The notes: generated by a model from the sequence alone, not told the origin. A DNA stretch of 64,000 nt from Candidatus Latescibacterota bacterium (GCA_965248265.1 CBDFJF010000001.1:2048001-2112000), one strand, 5' to 3'. Numbered from the stretch's first letter, positions 1 through 10,929 are shown. Translations and numbers: made by a program.

Positions 1-2
1 CG

Positions 3-1031
3 GAGGCCGAGTTCTTCGTCTTCGATGACATCCGCTATGACCAGAACGCGAATTCCGGATATTACGTCATCGACTCGGTGGAAGGCGCCTGGAACTCCGG
101 CGCCGAAGAAGATCCGAACCTGGGTTACAAGCCGCCGTACAAGGGGGGCTATTTTCCGGTACCACCGCACGACTCAATGCAGGACCTGCGCTCAGAGATG
201 GTGATGACGATGATCGACAGCGGTATCGAGGTCGAAGTCCATCACCACGAGGTGGGCACCGCTGGGCAGGGCGAAATCGATATCAAGTACTGCCCTTTGG
301 TAGTCTGTGGCGATCGAATGATGAAATACAAATACATCGTCAAGAACACGGCGTTCAAGCATGGCAAGACCGCGACCTTCATGCCCAAACCGCTCTTTGG
401 GGACAACGGCACCGGCATGCACACGCACCAGAGCCTGTGGAAGGGTGGCAAACCACTATTCGCCGGCTCTGGATACGCCGGCATGAGCGACATGGCCATG
501 CACTACATCGGCGGTCTGCTCAAACACGCGAAAGCGATCCTCGCGTTCTCCAACCCGACGACGAATTCATACAAACGGCTGGTCCCCGGGTACGAAGCCC
601 CAGTCAACCTGGCCTACTCACAGCGCAACCGCAGCGCCGCCATCCGCTTGCCCATGTATTCGAGCAGCCCGAAGGCCAAGCGCGTGGAGTTCCGCTGCCC
701 GGACCCGAGCGCCAACATGTACCTGGCTCTATCCGCGATGTTGATGGCAGGCTTGGACGGCATCGAAAACCGTACCGATCCGGGCCAACCATTGGACAAG
801 AACATCTACGACCTGTCGCCCGAGGAGCTGCGCGCGGTGCCGCTGACACCGGCTTCGCTCGAAGAGGCGATGGATGCCTTGGAAGCCGATCATGACTTCC
901 TGCTCAAGGGCGATGTCTTCAGCACGGACCTGGTTGAGGCCTGGATCGACTACAAGCGCACGGAGGAAATCGATGCGCTCAGACTGCGGCCGCATCCATA
1001 CGAGTTCGCACTTTATTACGATATGGTGTAA
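3..1031 (+). CDS. glnA: Glutamine synthetase type I (5' truncated by window edge)
   Basis: Frame open from nt 3 ([12 protein letters not shown]); motifs [45 protein letters not shown]-terminal [12 protein letters not shown]. Confidence 0.97.
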   Translation, partial: EAEFFVFDDIRYDQNANSGYYVIDSVEGAWNSGAEEDPNLGYKPPYKGGYFPVPPHDSMQDLRSEMVMTMIDSGIEVEVHHHEVGTAGQGEIDIKYCPLVVCGDRMMKYKYIVKNTAFKHGKTATFMPKPLFGDNGTGMHTHQSLWKGGKPLFAGSGYAGMSDMAMHYIGGLLKHAKAILAFSNPTTNSYKRLVPGYEAPVNLAYSQRNRSAAIRLPMYSSSPKAKRVEFRCPDPSANMYLALSAMLMAGLDGIENRTDPGQPLDKNIYDLSPEELRAVPLTPASLEEAMDALEADHDFLLKGDVFSTDLVEAWIDYKRTEEIDALRLRPHPYEFALYYDMV

Positions 1032-1067
1032 GACCGTACAGGTGGTGTAAGACGTCCAACGATCGCG

Positions 1068-1102
1068 AAAAGGGGTGGACCGTCAGAGGTCTGCCCCTTT
1101 TT
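1068..1102 (+). terminator. Intrinsic terminator after glnA
   Basis: Stem AAAAGGGGTGGACC / GGTCTGCCCCTTTT followed by T run, about 36 nt after the stop. Confidence 0.75.
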
Positions 1103-1128
1103 GCGCGTCAAACACGGGAAAGGATTCC

Positions 1129-2058
1129 TTGAGTCACTCCTACCCACCGCAATCCCAAGTGCGCATCGGCACGCGCGGCAGTGAACTGGCACTCGCCCAG
1201 GCTCACCAGGTCCGTGATCAGCTGCTTGACCTCCACGCAGAGGCTGTGAGTGTGGAAGTTGAAATAATCCGTACAGCAGGAGACACCAAGCCGGGGCCAC
1301 TGGCTGAGATTGGCGGCGAAGGAGTCTTCACGGCCGAGCTCGAACGGGCTCTGCTCGACGGCCGTGTTGACGTCGCCGTACACAGCCTCAAGGACCTGCC
1401 GACACAGATTCACCCGGAACTTGCGCTGGTGGCCACGCCTCAACGCGTCGACGTGCGGGATGTTCTGATCGCGTTGAGCGCTACCAGTGTCGAGGGGCTC
1501 CCGGAGAATGCCAGTGTGGGTAGCGGCAGTCTTCGTCGTCAATGTCAACTACTCGCTCTGCGTCCGGACGTCCGCTTCGTCCCCATACGCGGCAACATCG
1601 GAACGCGGATGGCTCAGGTAACTGAAGGAGTTGTTGATGCGGTAATACTGGCGGCGGCCGGACTTCATCGTCTTGGACTCGAAGGGGAAATCAGCTCGTA
1701 TTTCGACACCAGTCAGATGCTGCCCGCTCCAGGGCAGGCTGCCATTGGGCTGGAGATGCGTGACGACAGCCAACTCGTCGCCTATGTCGAGCCGCTCAAC
1801 CATGCTCCGACGCTGGCGAGCGTCACCGCGGAGCGCAGCTTTCTGCAGGCACTCGGGGGCGGATGCCGGGCTCCGATCGCGGCCTGGGGCCGTGTCGTGG
1901 GTGGTGAACTCCACCTCGATGGCCTGGTCGGCTCTGCCGACGGCGCGCAGCTGATCCGGGGCTCGGTGGTCGGCTCACCGGACGAGGGCGAGGCTACTGG
2001 CACTCGGTTGGCCTCTAGGTTGATTGATCAGGGTGCCCAGTCTCTGTTGCCCTCATGA
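1129..2058 (+). CDS. hemC: Hydroxymethylbilane synthase (porphobilinogen deaminase)
   Basis: IGTRGSELALAQA, VHSLKDLP, SLRRQCQL, RGNIGTR, LGGGCRAPI; start placed at TTG 1129 downstream of the terminator (uncertain). Confidence 0.95.
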   Translation: MSHSYPPQSQVRIGTRGSELALAQAHQVRDQLLDLHAEAVSVEVEIIRTAGDTKPGPLAEIGGEGVFTAELERALLDGRVDVAVHSLKDLPTQIHPELALVATPQRVDVRDVLIALSATSVEGLPENASVGSGSLRRQCQLLALRPDVRFVPIRGNIGTRMAQVTEGVVDAVILAAAGLHRLGLEGEISSYFDTSQMLPAPGQAAIGLEMRDDSQLVAYVEPLNHAPTLASVTAERSFLQALGGGCRAPIAAWGRVVGGELHLDGLVGSADGAQLIRGSVVGSPDEGEATGTRLASRLIDQGAQSLLPS

Positions 2059-3605
2059 ACTCGAACTCCCTGCCACACTCAGTCCCGGGGTGCGTCTACT
2101 TCGTCGGCGCCGGTCCCGGCGATCCGGGATTGCTCACCCTGCGCGGGGCCCAGTACCTCGGAGAAGCGGACGTCGTCCTTTACGACGAACTGCTGGACCG
2201 TCGCCTGCTGGATCTCGCCAGTCCCACGGCCGAGAAGATCGGCGTCGGACACCGGGGCGGTGACGGCAGGCGTTCACTCGAACAGATCTTCGATTTGCTG
2301 ATCACACACGCACGGGCTGGCAAGCGGGTCGTGCGCTTGAAGGGCGGAGACCCCTACGTGTTTGGCCGCGGCGGCGAAGAGGCCCTGGCAGTGCGCGATG
2401 CCGGCATCCCCTTCGAGGTGGTGTCCGGAGTATCCGCCGCCAGCGGGGTCCTGGCCTATGCCGGCATCCCGTTGACTCACCGCAATCTCGCAGCGATGGC
2501 CGTACTGGTAACCGGACACGAAGACCCCACCAAGGACTCGCCCAGCGTCAACTGGAAGGATCTGGCCGTCCTCGATGCCACCCTCGTCATTTTCATGGGC
2601 AATCGGCGCCTCATCGATATCGCTGAGGCGCTGATTGCCGGCGGGCGCGATGCCGACACACCGACCGCGGTGATCGAATGGGGCACGTGGCCGAATCAGC
2701 GCACGGTCATGGGCACGCTGCACACGATCGCCGGTGAAGTCGAGGCTCGCAGCGTCCAGTCTCCGGCCTTGATCGTCGTCGGCGAAGTTGTTTCTCTGCG
2801 CGAACAGCTCAGTTGGTTCGAGGCCAAGCCCTTGTTTGGCAAACGGGTGCTGATCACCCGTAGCCGCGAACAGTCGGGATCGCTGCAACTGCTGCTTGAA
2901 TCAGAAGGCGCCGCCGTGACCGGGTTACCCGTCCTGGACATACAGCCCCCCGACGACTGGTCTTCGATCGATCAAACCATCGACAATCTTGCTCGCTTTG
3001 ACTGGATTGTCTTCACCAGTCCCAATAGCGTCGGCTACTTCTTCCTTCGGCTGCAGCACGCCGGTATCGACAGCAGGGCACTGGGAGGAGTCACCGTCGC
3101 ATCGGTCGGGCAGGCGACAGCCGAGGCTCTGCATTCAAGGGGCATCGTGCCGGACCTGATTCCCGAGAAGCAGTCACAGGAAGGTCTGGTTGTCGCCTTC
3201 GAGCAGATCTCAGTGGATGGTGCCACCATTCTGGTTCCGGCCTCCAGCATTGGCCGCACACTGCTGGATGACGCACTGCGCGAGCGCGGGGCACAAGTGA
3301 TCCGCGTCGTCGCCTATCAGAACCGGCCTCCGGAGCCGTCCCAGGTCGAACTGCCCCCGGCGCTCGAACAGGGCGAGATCGACCTGTTCGTGTTCGCCAG
3401 TCCATCCAGTGTGCACAACTTCCACACCGTGGTCGGCGACGCAGCGAAGGCGGAAACTTTTCTTTCGGGAAAGGCCATCGCCTCCATCGGGCCGACGACG
3501 AGCCAAGCCCTGACTGAAATCGGACTGCAAACCACGATCGAGCCGGCTCACAGCAGCGTGCCTGCACTCGTGGCTGCCATCTGCGCCTACTATGAGAATA
3601 AATGA
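2055..3605 (+). CDS. cobA: Uroporphyrinogen-III C-methyltransferase / uroporphyrinogen-III synthase fusion (CobA-HemD)
   Basis: VGAGPGDPGLLTLRG, RLKGGDPYVFGRGGEE, then a HemD domain (VLITRS, FTSPNSV, FASPSSV, SIGPTT); ATGA overlap with hemC. Confidence 0.93.
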   Translation: MNSNSLPHSVPGCVYFVGAGPGDPGLLTLRGAQYLGEADVVLYDELLDRRLLDLASPTAEKIGVGHRGGDGRRSLEQIFDLLITHARAGKRVVRLKGGDPYVFGRGGEEALAVRDAGIPFEVVSGVSAASGVLAYAGIPLTHRNLAAMAVLVTGHEDPTKDSPSVNWKDLAVLDATLVIFMGNRRLIDIAEALIAGGRDADTPTAVIEWGTWPNQRTVMGTLHTIAGEVEARSVQSPALIVVGEVVSLREQLSWFEAKPLFGKRVLITRSREQSGSLQLLLESEGAAVTGLPVLDIQPPDDWSSIDQTIDNLARFDWIVFTSPNSVGYFFLRLQHAGIDSRALGGVTVASVGQATAEALHSRGIVPDLIPEKQSQEGLVVAFEQISVDGATILVPASSIGRTLLDDALRERGAQVIRVVAYQNRPPEPSQVELPPALEQGEIDLFVFASPSSVHNFHTVVGDAAKAETFLSGKAIASIGPTTSQALTEIGLQTTIEPAHSSVPALVAAICAYYENK

Positions 3606-3663
3606 TGGAACGCAACTGGGAGAGTACGCTGATGCTTGTGCGTGAGGTGACCGTGGTATCCCG

Positions 3664-4689
3664 ATGAGCCACCCCCGTTTACTCCCGCCCGGTAAGCTGC
3701 CGCACGATCTGCTCGAGCGCCTGGTGCGTGACTATGCCCATGTCAGCGACCCTCGGCTGCTGGTACCTCCCGGCATCGGCGAAGATGCCGCCGTCATCGA
3801 TTTCGGGGATCGCTGCCTGGTGGCCAAGACCGATCCCATCACCTTCGCCACCGACGCCGTCGGCTGGTATGCCGTTCACGTCAACGCCAACGACATTGCG
3901 GCCATGGGGGCGCAACCCAGGTTTTTCCTGGCCACCATCATGGTGCCCGAGCAGATGGCAACGGCTGAGTTGATCGAGTCGATTTTTGCATCCGTACACG
4001 CTGCCGCCGGGGAGTTGGGGGTAACGGTGTGTGGTGGCCACACCGAAATCACTCATGGCATCGACAGGCCACTGGTCATAGGGCAGATGCTTGGCGAGGT
4101 TGATCGCGACGGCATCGTCCGATCCTCTGGTTTGCTTCCCGGTGATGTCGTTCTGCTGACAAAGGGGTTGGCCATCGAGGCGACGGCCATCATCGCCCGC
4201 GAGAAGAGGACGGAACTTCTGGCGCGTGGCTACGATGACGAAATGCTGCAGCGCTGCGCCGACTATCTGACGGATCCGGGAATCAGCGTCGTCGCCGACG
4301 CCCGGGCGGCACTGGAGGCAGGCGACGTCCACGCCATGCATGACCCTACGGAGGGCGGTGTGGCGACGGGATTGTTCGAGCTTGCCCAGGCCTCCAGGGT
4401 CGGCCTGGCCGTAGATGGGGAGGCCCTGACCCTGTCGACGGAATCGCAACAGCTGTGCCAGGAGTACAACCTGGACCCATTCGGCGTGATATCATCGGGC
4501 GCCCTCCTGATCGGATGTGCGGCGAACTCGGCACCCGCGATTTCGTCGGCTCTCGAGGCTGTCGGCGTGCACTCGGCCTGCGTCGCGCAGGTGATGGATC
4601 CGGCACATGGCCTGCAACTTGTGAAGGACGGAGCGTCTCAACCATTGCCCAGATATCTTGTGGATGAAATCACCAAACTGTTCAGTTGA
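3664..4689 (+). CDS. AIR synthase-related (PurM/HypE/ThiL superfamily) protein
   Basis: GKLP, GIGEDAAVID, DPIT, NANDIAAMGA, GGHTE, HAMHDPTEGG. Confidence 0.85.
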   Translation: MSHPRLLPPGKLPHDLLERLVRDYAHVSDPRLLVPPGIGEDAAVIDFGDRCLVAKTDPITFATDAVGWYAVHVNANDIAAMGAQPRFFLATIMVPEQMATAELIESIFASVHAAAGELGVTVCGGHTEITHGIDRPLVIGQMLGEVDRDGIVRSSGLLPGDVVLLTKGLAIEATAIIAREKRTELLARGYDDEMLQRCADYLTDPGISVVADARAALEAGDVHAMHDPTEGGVATGLFELAQASRVGLAVDGEALTLSTESQQLCQEYNLDPFGVISSGALLIGCAANSAPAISSALEAVGVHSACVAQVMDPAHGLQLVKDGASQPLPRYLVDEITKLFS

Positions 4690-4690
4690 C

Positions 4691-5287
4691 ATGAGGACGG
4701 GGACATTGAGGGCCGTTCTCTTCGATATGGATGGGACCCTGACTCAGCCGCTCATCAACTGGCAGGAGGTGCGTCGTCGGTTGAAGGTGCCTGAGGGAGC
4801 CTCCATCATGGATCACATCGAGGCGCTGAACGTCCATCGCCGCCATCAGGCCGAGAACTTACTCCAACAGATCGAATTCGAGGCCGCTACCGCCGCCGTG
4901 CCCAACGACGGTGTCGTCGAGTTGATTGACCGGCTGCGCGAACACGGTTTGAAGACAGGCCTGGTCACCAACAACCACCGGCGCGCCATGACCCACATCG
5001 TAGAAAAACTCGGCCTGAGGTTTGATCTACTATTGTCACGTGAGGACGGCGTTGCCAAGCCGGCACCCGATCTGTTGATCCTCGCGCTCGAGCGACTCGA
5101 CCTGAGATCGAGTGAGGCTCTGTTCGTCGGTGACGGCCGTTATGATCGAACAGCGGCCGCTGCTGCTGAAGTCAGGTACATCCACCTGGATCACGACCCA
5201 GCGGCCGCACCGAACGGCCCCACCGTTCACAAGTTGGCTCAAGTCTGGCAACTGCTCGAACCGTTGATGTCTGCACCACCTGAATGA
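4691..5287 (+). CDS. HAD-family hydrolase
   Basis: FDMDGTL motif I, KPAPD, VGDGRYD. Confidence 0.88.
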   Translation: MRTGTLRAVLFDMDGTLTQPLINWQEVRRRLKVPEGASIMDHIEALNVHRRHQAENLLQQIEFEAATAAVPNDGVVELIDRLREHGLKTGLVTNNHRRAMTHIVEKLGLRFDLLLSREDGVAKPAPDLLILALERLDLRSSEALFVGDGRYDRTAAAAAEVRYIHLDHDPAAAPNGPTVHKLAQVWQLLEPLMSAPPE

Positions 5288-5336
5288 GATCGCGCCGCCT
5301 TGACTCGTCCGCATTCGAGGACGAACGTAAGACGTT

Positions 5337-6491
5337 ATGCCCTTCCAAAGTACATTCGATTTCCGTTTGCCGGCCCGTCTCATCCACGGTTCCGGATCCA
5401 TTGCACGTCTGCCGGAAGTCGTCGACTCGGACGCCAAACAGCTGATCGTCACGGATCGCGGATTGATCGAAGCCGGAGTCGTGGATCAAGTCACGGCGGT
5501 CCTGGACTCTACGGGCATACCCTATTGTGTCTTCGACGGTGTTGGCGCCAATCCACTTGGCAAGAATGCCCATGCCGGAGCGCGTCAGTACATCAAAGAA
5601 GATTGCCACGGACTGATCGCCGTGGGTGGGGGCAGCCCGATGGATGTCGCCAAAATGGTCGGCATACTGGCGACCAACGGCGGCCGTATCGAGAGCTACC
5701 TCGGAGCTGGCAAGGTACGCGCCGACCTACCCCCATTGGTCTGCGTGCCGACGACCTACGGCACGGCCAGCGAGGTAACCCAGTTCAGTGTTCTGACCAA
5801 TCCGAAAACCAACAACAAGGATCCGATCATCAGCTGGAAAATCGTCCCACAGGTGGGCATCCTCGACGCCGATCTGTCGGTTGCCCTGCCGGCTTCAGTG
5901 GGTGGGCCTACCGGCATGGACGCGCTCACGCACGCGATCGAGTCCTATACCAATCTGCTGTCTACGCCGATCACGGAGGGCATCGCCATTAGCGCCATCG
6001 AGTTGATCGGGGCCAGTATCCGCACCGCCTGTGCCAACGACTACGAGACGGAGGCGACCCAGGACATGCTGATCGCCAGCGCCATGGCCGGTATCGCGTT
6101 CTCACAGACCCGGCTTGGTAACGTGCACGCCATGTCCCATCCGGTGGGGGCGCAGTTCGGTGTCCATCACGGGTTGGCGAATGCCATCCTGCTGCCCCAT
6201 GTGATGGAGTACAACCTGTCTGCTCGCCTCGACAAGTTTGCCTCCGTCGCGCAGGCCCTGGGCGAGGACGTGGACGGTCTGCCCGCCAGCGAGGCCAGTG
6301 AACTGGCCGTCGAGCAGGTGCGGCAACTGAATCATGACCTGGGAATACCCCCTCGCTTGAGAGACGTAGGAGTTCGGGTCAGCGGTATTCCCAAACTCGC
6401 ACGAGCCGCCATGAACAGCGGCAACATCGCCGTCAACCCCCGCAAGACCACGCAGAAGGATATCGAGCAACTCTTCCGGAGCGCTGTCTGA
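5337..6491 (+). CDS. Iron-containing alcohol dehydrogenase
   Basis: GGGSPMDVAK, PTTYGTASEVT, DALTHAIE, HAMSH, HGLANAILLP. Confidence 0.92.
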   Translation: MPFQSTFDFRLPARLIHGSGSIARLPEVVDSDAKQLIVTDRGLIEAGVVDQVTAVLDSTGIPYCVFDGVGANPLGKNAHAGARQYIKEDCHGLIAVGGGSPMDVAKMVGILATNGGRIESYLGAGKVRADLPPLVCVPTTYGTASEVTQFSVLTNPKTNNKDPIISWKIVPQVGILDADLSVALPASVGGPTGMDALTHAIESYTNLLSTPITEGIAISAIELIGASIRTACANDYETEATQDMLIASAMAGIAFSQTRLGNVHAMSHPVGAQFGVHHGLANAILLPHVMEYNLSARLDKFASVAQALGEDVDGLPASEASELAVEQVRQLNHDLGIPPRLRDVGVRVSGIPKLARAAMNSGNIAVNPRKTTQKDIEQLFRSAV

Positions 6492-6555
6492 GCCGCTCTG
6501 AACCTGCTATATTCCGAGACTTCGTTTTCTGCCAGAGCCGATAGGAGAACAACTG

Positions 6556-7812
6556 ATGAGTTTACCGCGAATGATGAAGGTGCGTCAGCATTTCGACGGC
6601 CCAACCCTCAAAGACATCGAAGGGGCCGTACGGGCAGAGGTCGCCAAAATGAACCTGGATAACCGGGTGAAACCGGGCGACAGCGTCGCCATCAGTGTTG
6701 GCAGCAGGGGGGTGGCCAACATCGCCCTGATAACGAAGACGCTGATCGAAGAGCTCAAGGCGGCTGGCACCGAGCCCTTCATCGTTCCGGCCATGGGCAG
6801 TCACGGCGGCGGCACCGCCGAGGGTCAGCGCGCCATCATCGAGGGGTATGGGGTCAGGGAGGAGTACATCGGGGCCCCAATCCGGGCGACGATGGAGGTG
6901 GAAAAGGTCTCGGAGACGGAGGATGGAGTCCCCGTCTACTTCGACAAGTACGCCTTCGAGGCGGACCACGTCGTCGTCATGGGACGGGTCAAGCCGCATA
7001 CATCATTCAATGGGGAAATCGAGAGCGGACTCCACAAGATGATGCTGATCGGCCTCGGCAAGCACAAAGGCGCCGCTCTGTATCACCGGGCCATCGTTCA
7101 CTACAGCTTCGACCGCATCGTGCGATCCGTCGGCCAGCAGGTGATTGACAAGTGTGGTATCCTCTTCGGGCTGGGCATCGTCGAAAATCAGTACGACCGC
7201 ACTGCCCTGATACGAGCGGCATCGCCGGAAGACTTTCTCGAAACTGAGAAGGAAATGCTGATCCTGGCCAAACGCTGGTTACCCAGCATCCCCTTCGACC
7301 GCATCGACTTGTTGATCGTCGACTACATCGGCAAGAATATCAGCGGCTCGGGCATGGATACGAATGTCGTCGGCCGCAAGTACAACGATCATCATGCGAT
7401 CGACAAAGAATTCCCGAAGATCACCCGCATCTTCGTCCGTGATCTGACGGAGGAGACCCACGGCAACGCCTGCGGCATCGGTATCGCCGAGTACACGCAC
7501 AAGCGCATGACTGAAAAAATCGATCACTCCGCCACCGCCATAAACGCGATGACCGGGAACCACCCGTCTGCGGCGGCCATGGCCATCTACTTCGACACCG
7601 ATCGCGAGGTGTTGAATGCAGCCTTGAAAACCGTCGGCCTGGTGGACCCTGAAAACGCCAGAGTCGTCCGCATCACCGATACCTTGCATTTGGAGGAGAT
7701 TCAGGTCTCTGAATCTCTCATGCCAGAGATCGAAAAGCGCGACGACCTCACCGTCACTGAACCACTCGCCGAGATGTCCTTCGACGGCGCCGGAGACCTG
7801 CACCCCCTGTAG
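6556..7812 (+). CDS. Lactate racemase (LarA)-domain / DUF362-like protein
   Basis: VAISVGSRG, PFIVPAMGSHGGGTAEGQ, RVKPHTSF, GLGKHKGA, GKNISGSGMDTNV; RBS AGGAG. Confidence 0.75.
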   Translation: MSLPRMMKVRQHFDGPTLKDIEGAVRAEVAKMNLDNRVKPGDSVAISVGSRGVANIALITKTLIEELKAAGTEPFIVPAMGSHGGGTAEGQRAIIEGYGVREEYIGAPIRATMEVEKVSETEDGVPVYFDKYAFEADHVVVMGRVKPHTSFNGEIESGLHKMMLIGLGKHKGAALYHRAIVHYSFDRIVRSVGQQVIDKCGILFGLGIVENQYDRTALIRAASPEDFLETEKEMLILAKRWLPSIPFDRIDLLIVDYIGKNISGSGMDTNVVGRKYNDHHAIDKEFPKITRIFVRDLTEETHGNACGIGIAEYTHKRMTEKIDHSATAINAMTGNHPSAAAMAIYFDTDREVLNAALKTVGLVDPENARVVRITDTLHLEEIQVSESLMPEIEKRDDLTVTEPLAEMSFDGAGDLHPL

Positions 7813-7890
7813 CCGTCCAGCGACACGTAACGAGGACCCAACCGCTTGCATCATGCTGCTGGTTGACGAAACGACTCGAGACCCCGCACC

Positions 7891-8907
7891 ATGCTGAATC
7901 TCGGTTTCATCGGCTGCGGTGGCATCGCCCGGCATCACGCAGCACGACTGTGCCAACTGCCCAAGTCGGTGCGACTCACCGCCACCGCTGATCCCAACCG
8001 GACGGCCGCGGACGCGCTGGCGCGTGACTTCGGCGGTCATGATGTCTCCGTGTTCACAGACTACCACGATCTGTTGAAATCCGGGAAGGTTGACGCGGTC
8101 CTCGTCTGCACGCCGACCTACCTCCACGCACCACCCGTCATCGCCGCGGCCCGCGCCGGCGTGCACGTGTTCTGCGAGAAGCCGATGGCTCTAAAAATCG
8201 GCGACGCCCATCGCATGGCCGAAGCCTGCGAACGTCACGGAATCCGTCTCACCATCGGCTTTGTCAGACGCTTCGATCCATTCTGGGGCTGCATGCGCAA
8301 GATCGTGGAGTCGGGGGTACTCGGCAGCCCCGTTATCTGGCGTTCGGTTTCCGCCGGACACCAGAGCACGGTGTGGATGCGGGACGCCGACAAAGGGGGC
8401 GGCCCTCTCATGGATGGGGGTGTTCACAACTACGATTTCGCGTTGCAGATGCTCGGTCCGGCGGAGTCGGTGCAGGCCTCATCCGCGCGTTTCGACGCAA
8501 CCAGCGTGGGTGCCGACACGACCAGCGCCATCGTGACCTTCGCAGCTGGCCACCAGCTGCTCATGAACTGGTCCTGGGGCCTGCCGGAAGGCGTCAGTTC
8601 GAGCGGTATCAATGACATCATCGGCCCCGCAGGCGCACTGCCGATTCAGCCTGCAATTCCCGACAATGCCCCCAAGGGGTTCGACCCCAAGCGGCAGGCT
8701 GCCCTCGTCGTCAGCTTGAAAGGAGGCGTACAGCGCGTTCGCACTTACCGCCGGGAGGACATGTTCGCGCAGCAACTCAAACATGTGTGCCGCCACTTCG
8801 CCCGCGACACCCAGCCGCTGGTCACGGCCGCTGACGGCATCAACGCCTTGGAAGTCGCCGTCGCCGTCCTCAAATCGGGCCGGTCCAGACGCACAGTGCG
8901 ACTGTAG
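7891..8907 (+). CDS. Gfo/Idh/MocA family oxidoreductase
   Basis: GCGGIA, HVFCEKP, GGPLMDGGVH. Confidence 0.92.
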   Translation: MLNLGFIGCGGIARHHAARLCQLPKSVRLTATADPNRTAADALARDFGGHDVSVFTDYHDLLKSGKVDAVLVCTPTYLHAPPVIAAARAGVHVFCEKPMALKIGDAHRMAEACERHGIRLTIGFVRRFDPFWGCMRKIVESGVLGSPVIWRSVSAGHQSTVWMRDADKGGGPLMDGGVHNYDFALQMLGPAESVQASSARFDATSVGADTTSAIVTFAAGHQLLMNWSWGLPEGVSSSGINDIIGPAGALPIQPAIPDNAPKGFDPKRQAALVVSLKGGVQRVRTYRREDMFAQQLKHVCRHFARDTQPLVTAADGINALEVAVAVLKSGRSRRTVRL

Positions 8908-9063
8908 CCTTGCTGCGCGAGAGCCTCTTGTCGATCGGCGGGCAGCTTCGTAAGTGACAGTTTTATCTTGATTTGAGACCGATTTGGCCGTACTGTGTTT
9001 GGCTGAATGCGGCTATTTGAGGGTTTTTCTGCGCAGCCTGCTGTCACAAAAGGAGCGTTCGAC

Positions 9064-10302
9064 ATGTTGAAGTGGTCCAGATCACTCATTTGCCTGCAGT
9101 TGGTGGCCCTGCCACTGGTGTCTTCCGGGTACGCCGAGACCGACGACAAGGGAGACATTATGGATTCGCTGCGGCGAAAGACGCCCAGTGGTCAATACAT
9201 CGATCCCGCCAGTTTCTTCAGGTTCCACGGCTACATCAGTCTCAGTTACATGCAGGCGGATGATGACCTGGGACCCGGCGCCAACGGCACGCCCAATATC
9301 CTGGTGAGTGGCCCCGGTCCCAGCGCCCTGACGGGCAAGAACGAAGGTGGTTTCCGCAACGACGCCGCCCTGTTCGTCGGCGGCGAGCCCTTCGAGGGAG
9401 TGGGCGGCATTATGGAAATCCACTTCGTCGGCGACGCGTCTGATCCGGTTATCACGGAAGCCAAAATGACCTGGGACGTGCTCACAGCAGACGATGGCGA
9501 TCTGACGCTGCGCTTCGCCGGAGGCCGTTTCTGGTGGCCCTTCGGCATTCACAACGGTGAGTGGTTCAGCGCCATCAACAATTTCAGCCTGTTGTCACCG
9601 ACGGCCACCGAGATCGTTCCCGCCCACTACAACGAAGTCGGCGTGATGGCCGAGGGCGAACTCAAGGTCAACGAGGGTCTTGGACTCAACTACGTCGCCG
9701 CCATCGGCAATGGCGTGCCGGGGTTTGGACTGATGGACAATGTCCGGGGCACCGGCGCCGACACCAACAGCAACCGCACCATCACCGGACGCGTGGGATT
9801 GCTGCTGCGCAGTGCCGGTGACATTGAAGTCGGTTTGAGCGCTGCCTCGGGCGAGTTGCGCTCGGTTGGCGATGCCACGATGGCCGGGGCGGCCGAAGGT
9901 TACGAGGGCGAGTTCAGCGCCTTCGGACCGGATCTTACGCTGAGCTGGCAGGCCTTGAGCCTGCGGTCCTACTACTACTCCTCGTCTGAGGACCTCAAGG
10001 GCGTTGCAGCCGGTGAGAATGACTCGATCAGCCGCAGCGGCTATACCTTCGAACCAATCTACACCTTGACTTCCGAGCGCGAGCGCCTCAACAGCGTATC
10101 CCTGATGCTACGCTACAGCATGGCCGAGGAGGAAAACCTGCAAGGTCAGACATTAACTCGTAGTCAGCTCGGCATCGGCGTGAAGACCAACATCACCGCC
10201 CAGTTCGTGGGACGCGCAGCCTACATGGTCCAAAGTGAGGACGATGCCCTCGCCGACGTGGACAATAATGCCTTCACGATCAGCTTCACGAACGACTTCT
10301 AA
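9064..10302 (+). CDS. Putative outer-membrane beta-barrel (porin-like) protein
   Basis: Signal peptide (MLKWSRSLICLQLVALPLVSSGYA) after RBS AGGAG, amphipathic beta strands, GRFWWPFG, C-terminal FTISFTNDF ending in Phe. Confidence 0.7.
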   Translation: MLKWSRSLICLQLVALPLVSSGYAETDDKGDIMDSLRRKTPSGQYIDPASFFRFHGYISLSYMQADDDLGPGANGTPNILVSGPGPSALTGKNEGGFRNDAALFVGGEPFEGVGGIMEIHFVGDASDPVITEAKMTWDVLTADDGDLTLRFAGGRFWWPFGIHNGEWFSAINNFSLLSPTATEIVPAHYNEVGVMAEGELKVNEGLGLNYVAAIGNGVPGFGLMDNVRGTGADTNSNRTITGRVGLLLRSAGDIEVGLSAASGELRSVGDATMAGAAEGYEGEFSAFGPDLTLSWQALSLRSYYYSSSEDLKGVAAGENDSISRSGYTFEPIYTLTSERERLNSVSLMLRYSMAEEENLQGQTLTRSQLGIGVKTNITAQFVGRAAYMVQSEDDALADVDNNAFTISFTNDF

Positions 10303-10338
10303 CAAGCCTTCGGGCCTATTCACGGAGGTTTCGAGGCC

Positions 10339-10929
10339 ATGATGAATGACCGACTGTCATTTGGGCTGATGTGGCACCGGCGGGCGCTGGTGTGGGTCGT
10401 CCTGGCGGCTTGTGTAGCGATCGGCGTTGACGCGCAGGAGTCCGTCTCTCCGGCGAGTCAGGCTGAGCTCCTGCTCAAAGCCATGTCGTACGACAAGAAT
10501 CTGCTGAAGCGGTCCGGGGACGGTATCCGGATCGCCGTCGTCCATCGAGATGCCGTCGAGGATGCTACCAAACTCGTAAAGGCATTCGGCGTAGCGGGCA
10601 AGGACAAGGTGTCCGGGCTCGCCGTCAACGTCCGTGCCTTGCCGTTCTCGAACGTCGAAGACCTCTTGAAGCAGGTCGACTCGGGCGGCCTCAACGTCCT
10701 CTACGTCCACGCTTCGACGACGACGGCCCTGTCATCGATACAACAGGTAACCCGGGGCAGGAAGCTGTTGTCCGTGGGCGGCTCGAAGCAACTCGTCGAG
10801 CAGGGCGTCTCGCTCGGTGTGTACATGAAGAAGAACGTCCCCCGCCTGGCTGTGAATCAACGCTCGGCCAAGGTCGAGGGCCTGGATCTCAAACCCGCAA
10901 TCAAACTGATCTCCACAGTAATCAAATAG
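10339..10929 (+). CDS. YfiR/HmsC-like (DUF4154) periplasmic protein
   Basis: Signal peptide; LLLKAMSYDKNL; C-terminal GVSLGV...PRLAVNQRSAKVEGLDL..AIKLISTVI pattern. Confidence 0.72.
   Translation: MMNDRLSFGLMWHRRALVWVVLAACVAIGVDAQESVSPASQAELLLKAMSYDKNLLKRSGDGIRIAVVHRDAVEDATKLVKAFGVAGKDKVSGLAVNVRALPFSNVEDLLKQVDSGGLNVLYVHASTTTALSSIQQVTRGRKLLSVGGSKQLVEQGVSLGVYMKKNVPRLAVNQRSAKVEGLDLKPAIKLISTVIK

Noticed and set aside
1024-1053. 11-bp direct repeat TGGTGTAAGAC at the glnA 3' end (possible att site or sRNA)
   Set aside because: Only 19 bp apart, no integrase nearby, and no distant copy seen
3664-4689. Calling this gene hypE, thiL or selD
   Set aside because: No C-terminal PRIC of HypE, no SelD Cys/Sec motif and no hydrogenase context; kept at superfamily level
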